From: a virus
Lineage: Duplodnaviria > Caudoviricetes
Reading direction: 5' to 3' (one strand)
Length of the DNA: 36,236 nucleotides
Virus record (IMG/VR): IMGVR_UViG_3300028588_000057
Span: 1 to 36,236 of that record
Position 1 is the stretch's first letter. Each line of letters begins with the position of its first letter. The position numbers and the translations under genes are program-made. Shown one piece after another: positions 8,771 through 16,641 of the stretch. The notes beneath the pieces were generated by a model that saw only the letters and a list, made by a program, of their open reading frames with translations, did not search any database and was not told where the DNA came from.

Positions 8771-9001
8771 ATGATCCAATCTAACCATTGGGCTTGGCCT
8801 AATGCAGATGGTAGCAGCATGAGCCAGTTTCGTCCTTACATAGCTACTGCTTACTACCTGCATTATGCAGTAGCAGGGTTCAAACGTACACCTGAAATGC
8901 TAGGTATGTATATGATGGATGACATGGGTAATTGCTTTAAATCTAACCATCCTGCATACTGCTACGATAACGCTGAAAGGAACTATTATGCGTACTACTA
9001 A
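8771..9001 (+). CDS. hypothetical protein
   Basis: 76 aa, GGAG RBS at 8759-8762, just downstream of the ribozyme. Confidence 0.65.
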   Translation: MIQSNHWAWPNADGSSMSQFRPYIATAYYLHYAVAGFKRTPEMLGMYMMDDMGNCFKSNHPAYCYDNAERNYYAYY

Positions 9002-9353
9002 GCGATTTACTAAATCAGGCGAGCTTTATCGGGGCGCACGTTACCATCTAGATCCTGAGTCCAAGCACCTAGTAACTTTCACTCGACCAACTGAACCAAC
9101 TCATATCCCATTTACTCCACTATATCGAACAGTTAGTAAGGGGATGAATAAGAAGGAGAAAGCTACTCTCCTAGTCATTCTACGGGGCATGCTCAAAGAT
9201 GGCTATCCTGTAGCTTGGGATTCCACTAACCTATTCACTGCATTTGCTTGGCAATCTGCTGAGTCACTAGGTTTTGGTACTCAAGACTACTGGAAAGCCA
9301 TCTGGCTAGCTGAATACAAATACAACCAATCAATCGAAAAGGAAGCAGAATGA
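8988..9353 (+). CDS. hypothetical protein
   Basis: Start moved to ATG 8988 (AAAGGA RBS); 121 aa. Confidence 0.65.
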   Translation: MRTTKRFTKSGELYRGARYHLDPESKHLVTFTRPTEPTHIPFTPLYRTVSKGMNKKEKATLLVILRGMLKDGYPVAWDSTNLFTAFAWQSAESLGFGTQDYWKAIWLAEYKYNQSIEKEAE

Positions 9354-9772
9354 CCCAAGTAACTAGTATCCGAATCAGTATCTCTCCACCTGAATCAGTA
9401 GTTCTATCTACTGCACTCACTATCATGGCCCATGCTGCTAACACAACCAGCTTGGAAAAGACTGTGATTGAGAAACTGCTACAGAAAATAAAGATCGCCC
9501 AATTCAAAGCAGGTGCCGCACCAGAAGTTAGCTTGGCTCAAGCTAGTATCTCCCTGCAACCAACTGGGACTCCTGACTGGGTCACTCTGCTAACTGAGCT
9601 TTTTCCTACTCATCCTGCTTCCCATGTGGATCTAGCTTATAATGCTGTGTCCCAGTTCTTTGATCCAGCAGCTACTAGCCCGACTCATCCACAGCATCAG
9701 TTATTTATGGGTCAGATGAAAACTCAACTGGATAAGCTAAAGACTCAACCAATATCTGCATCGGACCTATGA
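9350..9772 (+). CDS. hypothetical protein with C-terminal ISASDL tag
   Basis: 140 aa, AAGGA RBS, ATGA overlap. Confidence 0.7.
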   Translation: MTQVTSIRISISPPESVVLSTALTIMAHAANTTSLEKTVIEKLLQKIKIAQFKAGAAPEVSLAQASISLQPTGTPDWVTLLTELFPTHPASHVDLAYNAVSQFFDPAATSPTHPQHQLFMGQMKTQLDKLKTQPISASDL

Positions 9773-9778
9773 CCCCAT

Positions 9779-9952
9779 ATGATTGAACTATTCGGATACT
9801 TACTCATTGGGTTCTTACTAGTGGCTATCCTGTTCCAATCACTAGTAACTGAACCCCCAATAGTAACCTTAATCAAAGTCCTGGCTCTGTTCCTCTGGAT
9901 TCTAGTAATCATCCTAGAATTTACTGAATACGCATTGGATCGTAAATTCTGA
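9779..9952 (+). CDS. small two-helix membrane protein (57 aa; absent from ORF track)
   Basis: MIELFGYLLIGFLLVAILFQSLVTEPPIVTLIKVLALFLWILVIILEFTEYALDRKF fills the gap between flanking genes; weak RBS. Confidence 0.55.
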   Translation: MIELFGYLLIGFLLVAILFQSLVTEPPIVTLIKVLALFLWILVIILEFTEYALDRKF

Positions 9953-9985
9953 TTTCCCATTTGAAGCAGTACATACGGAGTTAAT

Positions 9986-10939
9986 ATGAAACTATCTTGC
10001 CCCAAAACTGGAATCGTCTGGCATGCATCGGTTGGCTACGGTGCTCAAGTAGCAGAGCATCCAGTATTCAGTGCCACTCTCAAGTATCTCACCAATGTAG
10101 CTATCTCGGCCGAGCCAGGTATCACTACTGCGGACAGGTACTTGGCAGGATGTGCATTGCTTAACTACTTGGTAGCTCCTGGCGCTTGGCGGGTTCCACT
10201 TACTGACGGTGCAGTTAGCCATGTGATTTCTAATATCTCCGATCTTGCTAGCACAGTCATTAAGACCCTGGCTACTAAATTGGAATGGCCTCACATTACT
10301 ATCAACCGAGATACTGCGGACCTGTACAATCTCCAGCATTATCTAGTATCCATTAACGAATCCATTGACTCAGTAGCTAGAATCAGTGAAGAGCGCGAGG
10401 AACTGAATCGTAAGACTGGTAATGTAGAGCGGCTTATTAACTCCAATCTGCATCGTAATACACCTAATACTGCTAGACTGCTGGCTGATTGGGCGGAAGC
10501 AGCAGCTAAATTCCCGCAAGATTCTGTGACTTACCTGCCAGATGGCTCACCTATTGCACTGACTGACTACTGGAAAGCTATTATCATCAGTGCTCACACT
10601 GGCAAGCATGTTGAGATGCTAGGTGCGGGTATTGATGCTGATGAAGTAGCAGACCTGATTGAGTGGCTTGAGTTTAACTTAGAAGATCATGGTACTCCAC
10701 AGTCTACTGAGCTAATGAAATCTCTGCGGCTGTCTAAGGAAGTGCTAGAGGACTTTAGCTCCCCGATTCAGCAGCAAGTAATTAAGGCTGACTCTGCACC
10801 TGAACCAGTACGTAAAGACTTTAAGTCCAGTATTGATTATCTCAAGGCTCGTGCTAAGTGGAACCGTGAGAATAAGGTAGATGCTGATTACGATTCAGCT
10901 CCCATTAACACTAGCACTACTCTCGGGATTGAACTGTGA
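9986..10939 (+). CDS. hypothetical protein
   Basis: 317 aa, GGAG RBS; N-terminal CPKTG...HPVF; no family recognised with confidence. Confidence 0.75.
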   Translation: MKLSCPKTGIVWHASVGYGAQVAEHPVFSATLKYLTNVAISAEPGITTADRYLAGCALLNYLVAPGAWRVPLTDGAVSHVISNISDLASTVIKTLATKLEWPHITINRDTADLYNLQHYLVSINESIDSVARISEEREELNRKTGNVERLINSNLHRNTPNTARLLADWAEAAAKFPQDSVTYLPDGSPIALTDYWKAIIISAHTGKHVEMLGAGIDADEVADLIEWLEFNLEDHGTPQSTELMKSLRLSKEVLEDFSSPIQQQVIKADSAPEPVRKDFKSSIDYLKARAKWNRENKVDADYDSAPINTSTTLGIEL

Positions 10940-11250
10940 TGAGCAATAATCAGAATGCACAAGTAACTAACGAACAACTTTTCTGGCTGGCCCATACTTG
11001 GAAGCTGGAACCTGAGCAGATTGCACAGCTATCTAGGCATCGGCTAACTAAAGTCCGAGCCAGCTACTTGCGGGAATGCCTAGCGGCCTCAGCCAATGGT
11101 AACTTGATTGATGGTTTCGTGCCTATCTACCAATATTGCACTAAGAAAGAGATCAAGGTAGGTAACCCAGATAAAGAATACTGGATGAGTGAACGAGTGC
11201 TAGGCACTTTGCGTATCGCCATCTTGCAGCCAGTAAGGGAACCAAAATGA
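10936..11250 (+). CDS. hypothetical protein
   Basis: 104 aa, coupled to the genes on both sides. Confidence 0.65.
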   Translation: MMSNNQNAQVTNEQLFWLAHTWKLEPEQIAQLSRHRLTKVRASYLRECLAASANGNLIDGFVPIYQYCTKKEIKVGNPDKEYWMSERVLGTLRIAILQPVREPK

Positions 11251-13166
11251 ATGCATTAGAAAGATTGAAGGCTAAGATAGCTGCTAAGCGGGAAGCGGAA
11301 TCCGTAGCGGCGCTCCACGCGCCCGCGCAGGCTATGAATGGGAACCAGGAAGTATTTGATTCTCCTGACAATGACTATGATTCTAACTCTCAACTACCTA
11401 ATCCAGCTATTGAAATCCTACCCACTGCTACTAAGGAACTATCTCCTGCCGCAGTAACTGACTTGAGAGCTAGTCTTAAAGCTAAATTGGCCGAGCAGAA
11501 TCAAGCTAGCTACACGCCTAACAAACCATACAATGCACAGCAGCAACAAGCTATTGATTGGGCATTGAGTGGGCACAGCTTTGCTATTACTGGACCTGCT
11601 GGTAGCGGCAAGACCTATACTGTGCAAGGTGTTATTGAGGCTCTCATTCAGTCAGGCCGCACCAATATTATCCAGACCATGAAGCATAAGTACCTGCCAG
11701 CTACTGGGGTGCCGGGAATCGTGGTGGTAGCCTTTACTAATACGGCGGTTGGTAATAGCAAGAAAGCTTTGCCTAGTGATCTACGTGGTAACGCACTTAC
11801 TATTCACAAGTATCTGGAATACGAGCCTGTATATGGTGACGTGCGTGGTGATGATGGTAAGATGAAAAGTACCATGCGATTTGAGCCACAGCGTAATACT
11901 GACAATCCTCAATCTAGTGAGATTACTACGGTAATTATTGAGGAAGCATCTATGGTGCCAGTAGACTTGTGGAATCGCTTGATTGAATCCATGCCAGCAC
12001 GTACACATAGCAAGTTGCAAATTATTATGGTTGGGGATATTCAACAGCTCCCACCAGTATTTGGCAAGTCCATCTACATTCATGCTATGGCTTCCGGTAT
12101 TAAGACAGTAGAACTAACTCACGTATACCGACAAGCTCTGGAGTCTCCTATCCTTGCACTAGCGCACCGGATTCTGGCAGGTAAGCAGATGGCGCACGCT
12201 GAGTTAATGGAGTATTCAGTAGATAAGCGGGACACTGGTAAGGGCATGGTATTTATCCGGCCCTGGAAGAATGCAATCAGCTCAGATGTAGCTATTGTTA
12301 ATATGATGAGCTTCCTACCTAAGATGATTGATGATGGGCTATATGATCCTGACCAAGATGTTATCTTGACTCCTTATAATGTGGAGTTTGGTCAAGAGGA
12401 AATGAATAAGATAGTAGCCAGTCATTACTCTAAGGTGCATCAGTCCCCAGTCTATGAGGTATTCACTGGTATTAATAAGAAGTATTTCCGAGTTGGTGAA
12501 CGGGTTTTGTATAACAAGTCTGAGGCTGTTATCCTGAGCATCGAACCTAACAAGGCTTATTACGGGAAGTGGCCCCGTCCAGCATCTAGTACCATGGACT
12601 ATCGTGGTATCGAGAAAGATAAAAGCAAGCTAAAGACTGTGCTGGCTGAGATGACAGACGAGGAAGTGCGAGCAGCTAATGACCGAGTGGATGAAATGCT
12701 CATGGCTATTGGTTCTCATACTGATGAGGACTCACCTACTGCTCGTGCTGCTAGCCATAAGATAGTAGTTAAGTCTAAGGATACAGATGCAGAGTACACA
12801 CTATCTGCTGCTGGTGAAATCAATACCTTGGAACTGGCCTATGCAATGACTGTACATAAGTCACAAGGTAGGGAATATAGGCGTGTATGGTTCATTACTC
12901 ATAAGTCCCAGGCTACTATGATCTATCGTGAGCTACTGTATACCGCAGTGACTCGGGCTAAGGAAGAACTGTATGTGATCTGTGAACCTAACTGCTTTGT
13001 TAAGGGGATCAATACTCAGAAGTATCCTGGCAAGACAGTGATGGAAAAGATCGAGTCATTTAATAGGGCTGAGAAGGTAGGACGGATCGTTAATCCTGAC
13101 TATATTCCTAAGCAACTGTTCCGGTTTATTAATAATACTACTGTTGATGAGCAGGTGAATGCATAG
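11247..13166 (+). CDS. RecD/Dda-like SF1B helicase
   Basis: GPAGSGKT, IIEEASMV, VGDIQQLPPV, YRQA, AYAMTVHKSQG, LLYTAVTRAK. Confidence 0.92.
   Translation: MNALERLKAKIAAKREAESVAALHAPAQAMNGNQEVFDSPDNDYDSNSQLPNPAIEILPTATKELSPAAVTDLRASLKAKLAEQNQASYTPNKPYNAQQQQAIDWALSGHSFAITGPAGSGKTYTVQGVIEALIQSGRTNIIQTMKHKYLPATGVPGIVVVAFTNTAVGNSKKALPSDLRGNALTIHKYLEYEPVYGDVRGDDGKMKSTMRFEPQRNTDNPQSSEITTVIIEEASMVPVDLWNRLIESMPARTHSKLQIIMVGDIQQLPPVFGKSIYIHAMASGIKTVELTHVYRQALESPILALAHRILAGKQMAHAELMEYSVDKRDTGKGMVFIRPWKNAISSDVAIVNMMSFLPKMIDDGLYDPDQDVILTPYNVEFGQEEMNKIVASHYSKVHQSPVYEVFTGINKKYFRVGERVLYNKSEAVILSIEPNKAYYGKWPRPASSTMDYRGIEKDKSKLKTVLAEMTDEEVRAANDRVDEMLMAIGSHTDEDSPTARAASHKIVVKSKDTDAEYTLSAAGEINTLELAYAMTVHKSQGREYRRVWFITHKSQATMIYRELLYTAVTRAKEELYVICEPNCFVKGINTQKYPGKTVMEKIESFNRAEKVGRIVNPDYIPKQLFRFINNTTVDEQVNA
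11300..11333 (+). repeat. PAS-like hairpin motif, copy 1
   Basis: ATCCGTAGC-GGCG-CTCCACG-CGCC-C-GCGCAGGCT. Confidence 0.7.
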
Positions 13167-13374
13167 GATAACTAAACAGTTACAGGACAGGGGATATTCA
13201 GTAGTTAAATCCCCTGATCCTTTGCAGCCAGTATTACCTGAGTTGCCAATGCCTTCACCTGACGCATCTAACTTAGTAATCTGGTCAGGCCAAGCTAATG
13301 ATCCTAACTATGAGCTACTCAGAGATAGATTCTGGGAAGTGCATAAGATGGATCTTATTATTTATATTCCTTAA
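13159..13374 (+). CDS. hypothetical protein
   Basis: 71 aa, overlaps the helicase stop. Confidence 0.55.
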   Translation: MHRITKQLQDRGYSVVKSPDPLQPVLPELPMPSPDASNLVIWSGQANDPNYELLRDRFWEVHKMDLIIYIP

Positions 13375-13383
13375 GGAACTGCT

Positions 13384-13734
13384 ATGCGTATGAAATCTAA
13401 AGATGTAATGGTAACTGTCCGTGGTACCCTGGTCCGGGAAACTGAGAAGGCTATCCAACTCAAGATTCCTAATCAGTACAAACATACTTGGTTCCCCCTC
13501 AGTACCATCCATGATCGGACCCAAAAACTTAATAAAGAATCTACTGAGATCTATGTAGAAATCCTAGTTCCTGAGTGGATCATTAAGGCTAAGATTAAGT
13601 CTGGTGAGATGACTGCTGGCAAGATGGCAGATCGGACTGCTGCGGACCTGGAGTTACCAGAGCGTCAGATGGATTCGGATAATGCTGGCTTGTCTGATGA
13701 TGATAACTACTTCCGTGGTGAGCCACATGACTGA
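13384..13734 (+). CDS. hypothetical small beta-rich phage protein
   Basis: TAAGGA RBS; RETEKAI...WFPLS...ILVPEWI pattern common in phage proteins. Confidence 0.7.
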   Translation: MRMKSKDVMVTVRGTLVRETEKAIQLKIPNQYKHTWFPLSTIHDRTQKLNKESTEIYVEILVPEWIIKAKIKSGEMTAGKMADRTAADLELPERQMDSDNAGLSDDDNYFRGEPHD

Positions 13735-13993
13735 TGAGCAGATTAAACTAATCACTGGTCTGGCTGCTAAAGCTCAGGCTAGAGTTAGGAAGGCTCAGAT
13801 AGATAAACAGAATGCAGAGATTGCGGCTACAAATAACTATAGCGCAGAGCTAAATGCAGCTGGAGAGATCCTTACCTCAGCCCAAAACATCTGCAAGCAT
13901 GATGGACTCAAGCTAGTAACTGAGCGCGCATTCAATGGTCAGGTCTATCAGCAACCTCCAGTATGTGTCTACTGTCATAAGAGGCTCACATGA
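13727..13993 (+). CDS. hypothetical protein with possible C-terminal Zn-binding motif
   Basis: Start moved to ATG 13727; CKH...CVYCH. Confidence 0.65.
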   Translation: MTDEQIKLITGLAAKAQARVRKAQIDKQNAEIAATNNYSAELNAAGEILTSAQNICKHDGLKLVTERAFNGQVYQQPPVCVYCHKRLT

Positions 13994-14238
13994 GTAACGT
14001 AGTCAAGCTAGTGCAACCTACTTACGAATCCATTCAAGCCCACTACTACAGTGGTAAGAAACTGGATCATGTAGATACCATCTTGGATCTTAATATCTAC
14101 CGGGATACTGCTGGCTACTGGGTTGAGCAACCTGCTGGTAGATCTAAGATGCGTGCATTCATTGGTGATGAGCGGGCCTATCATAAGTATCGTGATAGTA
14201 TGCAAGTCCTTGGTTATCGTGTGTGGTTAATGGGTTAA
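13990..14238 (+). CDS. hypothetical protein
   Basis: 82 aa, GAGG RBS, ATGA overlap. Confidence 0.65.
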   Translation: MSNVVKLVQPTYESIQAHYYSGKKLDHVDTILDLNIYRDTAGYWVEQPAGRSKMRAFIGDERAYHKYRDSMQVLGYRVWLMG

Positions 14239-14253
14239 GCCCTGGAGATAGTA

Positions 14254-14679
14254 ATGATTCCCTTTAATAAATTCGATCAGATGCAGTCCTCAGTTGGTAC
14301 TTACCGGAATCTGGTTAAGGAACTGAAGACTTATCAGAAGCTGTGTGAAGTTACTCTCTATTTTGCAGACACTGAATCTAGGAATAAGAAAGATAACTAT
14401 ACTGTAGGTAAGGTACGCTACGCACTTATGATGAGCGTGCTGGAACAACTAGTTCCTACTATCCTGCATCTTAAGGATCAGGGCATTGAGATGGATCAGG
14501 AGATTGATTACGTAGCTAATAAAGTTATCTCCTTCTTGGATGTGAAAGAAGTATTCCTGCATATGCTAGCTCCCCTTGAAACACCTGAGCCAGACCCGGC
14601 TAATGATGTGGAACTAGTTGGTAGTTATCCGATACTAGATCACTTCAATAAGAACAATGAAGGATTAGATAAGACCTGA
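14254..14679 (+). CDS. hypothetical protein
   Basis: 141 aa, GGAG RBS. Confidence 0.7.
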   Translation: MIPFNKFDQMQSSVGTYRNLVKELKTYQKLCEVTLYFADTESRNKKDNYTVGKVRYALMMSVLEQLVPTILHLKDQGIEMDQEIDYVANKVISFLDVKEVFLHMLAPLETPEPDPANDVELVGSYPILDHFNKNNEGLDKT

Positions 14680-14712
14680 GCAACTAACGCCTAGGCCCGA
14701 AAAAATTTCCGC

Positions 14713-14741
14713 TTGACCCGGCCCCGGCCGCCCCGTATAAT
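14713..14741 (+). promoter_or_regulatory. strong sigma70 promoter
   Basis: TTGACC-17 nt-TATAAT with an upstream A/T tract; the spacer is entirely G/C. Confidence 0.85.
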
Positions 14742-14825
14742 CGAATTTCGATAGGGGCACCGGCCCCGCGAAACAGTTAATAACTTCCCGCAGCTAACTG
14801 GCTGCATCTACTGAAAGGAACTACC

Positions 14826-15440
14826 ATGGACCAAGCTACGCAAGCTACTGAAGTCGTTGAGAAGGCATCTTTCCACTATCGTAAGAACAAAGACAGCGGC
14901 GTTAAGCGCGCTTCGGTAGAAGTTGATTACAAGGTTCCTACTACTGCGGGCCTGATCAGCTACCTGCAAGGTGATAACCAGAAAGTCAAGGACATGATCC
15001 GTGATGCAGTTCTGGGTGTTACCAACGGTCATCTGCGTAGCTTTGTTGATAGCGACGAGAACTTCGACCAGGCTAAGGCTGACCAACTCGGTGCAGAAGG
15101 TAAGCTCTCGCTGGAATACATCGCCAACCTGCCCAAGGCTGATCGTAACCAGGTTACCCGCGAAGCTCTGGAAGCATTTGCCAAGTCGTACATGGAAGTC
15201 ATCAAGGCTTCTACCGACAAGTCTGCTGCTAAGATCGAAGCTGCTGCTGGCCTGCTGGTTAACCGCTTTAATCCGATCCGTGGTGACGAAGCAGCTCTGG
15301 CTGTGATGGAAGGCCAACTGGCTATCTACGCAGAGAACGCTGGCGAAGAAGCTCTGGCAGAACACACTGCTGCTCTGAACTTCCTGGTTGCTAAGCTGGA
15401 AGATCTCCAGTCGGCCAAGATCACTGCTGACGACCTGTAA
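14826..15440 (+). CDS. probably highly expressed hypothetical protein, paralog of 5945..6601
   Basis: 204 aa with its own promoter, AAAGGA RBS and terminator; codons typical of highly expressed genes (CTG, GCT, AAC, ATC, CGT). Confidence 0.85.
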   Translation: MDQATQATEVVEKASFHYRKNKDSGVKRASVEVDYKVPTTAGLISYLQGDNQKVKDMIRDAVLGVTNGHLRSFVDSDENFDQAKADQLGAEGKLSLEYIANLPKADRNQVTREALEAFAKSYMEVIKASTDKSAAKIEAAAGLLVNRFNPIRGDEAALAVMEGQLAIYAENAGEEALAEHTAALNFLVAKLEDLQSAKITADDL

Positions 15441-15463
15441 TAGCCAGGCGTTAGTTGTGTCCC

Positions 15464-15492
15464 CCACCTGAGTAAGTGGACTAAACTGCTCA
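15464..15492 (+). other. small H-type RNA pseudoknot
   Basis: Stem 1 CCAC/GTGG; loop TGAGTA pairs with TGCTCA after an ACTAAAC linker. Confidence 0.5.
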
Positions 15493-15500
15493 ATGATTCT

Positions 15501-15554
15501 GGTGCTCTGCTGAAGCTAGTTAATATCTGGCTTTTAGCAGAGCATTTCTTTTTT
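15501..15554 (+). terminator. intrinsic terminator (long stem)
   Basis: GGTGCTCTGCTGAAGCTAG / CTGGCTTTTAGCAGAGCATT followed by TCTTTTTT. Confidence 0.75.
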
Positions 15555-15647
15555 CCAACTCGGTTTGAATACCTAGAAGTATCTAGAGTCTATCTTTTCT
15601 TCTACGTCCTTCCCAGGGCTTATAGGAAACGGGGATTTAATACTGAC

Positions 15648-15872
15648 ATGAGAGTCTATCAAGAGCACTGGGAGCGGATGAAGGTAGTAAGGCAGATATC
15701 ATTAGAGCGACCTAGGAAAAAGCATCTTAGTATTGGAGTGCTGGTCCGGAGGGAAGCTACTAGAGATTCAGCCTATGCTGCCTTGTTAGCTTCTGAAGGT
15801 AAGAGGTTCTTTATTAACCACGCATCCATTGGTGATACGTTAATACTGACATTGAGGATCACAGTAAAATGA
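15648..15872 (+). CDS. small basic hypothetical protein
   Basis: 74 aa, coupled to the next gene by an ATGA overlap. Confidence 0.6.
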   Translation: MRVYQEHWERMKVVRQISLERPRKKHLSIGVLVRREATRDSAYAALLASEGKRFFINHASIGDTLILTLRITVK

Positions 15873-16357
15873 GCGCACTAGAGAAGTTGAAAGCTAAATT
15901 GGCAGCAGCTAAAGCAGCGCAGGTAGTTAAATCCGAAGCTGTGGACGCAGTCCCAGCGCAGGCTGAGGCACTGGTAGCTAGCCCAATTGCTAATGGCAGT
16001 CCCACTAATGCAGTGGCGGCACCAGCCTTGCCAGCGCCTGTGCAACCAGCAGTCCTGGAAGTAAGTTCAGTAGTTGACTTGAATGTGGAGAATCCTGAGC
16101 ATCTTAGGTTCAAGGAATTCTTGCTTGAGCTTGAAGGTAAACTCAATGCTAAGATTCCTAGCTTTGCATACCAGCTACGTGACATTCATGCTAAGATGAA
16201 AGCTGATCCTAGCGTGGTTACTGCCATGAGTGATGAAGAGATTGGTCTAGTAATTAAGGGACTGGCATTGATGAAGAACGAAGTCATTGCTCCTAAGTCT
16301 GAGACTGGCGGTAAGCGAGCTAGCAGCAAGAAAGTAGTTACGGTGGACATGCTGTAA
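15869..16357 (+). CDS. hypothetical protein sharing its N-terminal peptide with the helicase
   Basis: MSALEKLKAKLAA vs helicase MNALERLKAKIAA; C-terminus VTVDML. Confidence 0.8.
   Translation: MSALEKLKAKLAAAKAAQVVKSEAVDAVPAQAEALVASPIANGSPTNAVAAPALPAPVQPAVLEVSSVVDLNVENPEHLRFKEFLLELEGKLNAKIPSFAYQLRDIHAKMKADPSVVTAMSDEEIGLVIKGLALMKNEVIAPKSETGGKRASSKKVVTVDML
15931..15964 (+). repeat. PAS-like hairpin motif, copy 2
   Basis: ATCCGAAGC-TG-T-GGAC-GCA-GTCC-CA-GCGCAGGCT. Confidence 0.75.
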
Positions 16358-16641
16358 TGAATGCCCTAGTAGCTGCTCTCTGGCTGGTTGCAGTCTCGGA
16401 TGCTAGCTTGAGTGATGCTAGAGTCTGGGCGGGCCAGCTACTTAGCAATGAAGATCACAAGGAATTGGATCAATACCAGCAGACCGCAGCTAACTACTCC
16501 AGTCTACTGTCTAAGTCTCTAGCTAATGAGATGTATATATTCCAGTACCAAGTGCCACTAGCTGCAATAGCAGAAGCCAAGTCCAGACTAATGGCTCTGG
16601 AAATAGAGAGGTTGAAACATAATGGCATTCTCAGACTATGA
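16357..16641 (+). CDS. hypothetical protein
   Basis: 94 aa, TAATG coupling. Confidence 0.6.
   Translation: MNALVAALWLVAVSDASLSDARVWAGQLLSNEDHKELDQYQQTAANYSSLLSKSLANEMYIFQYQVPLAAIAEAKSRLMALEIERLKHNGILRL

Larger units (their letters stand above)
14681..15457. repeat. 12-nt inverted repeat pair bracketing a promoter and gene
   Basis: CAACTAACGCCT (14681-14692) and AGGCGTTAGTTG (15446-15457). Confidence 0.75.
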
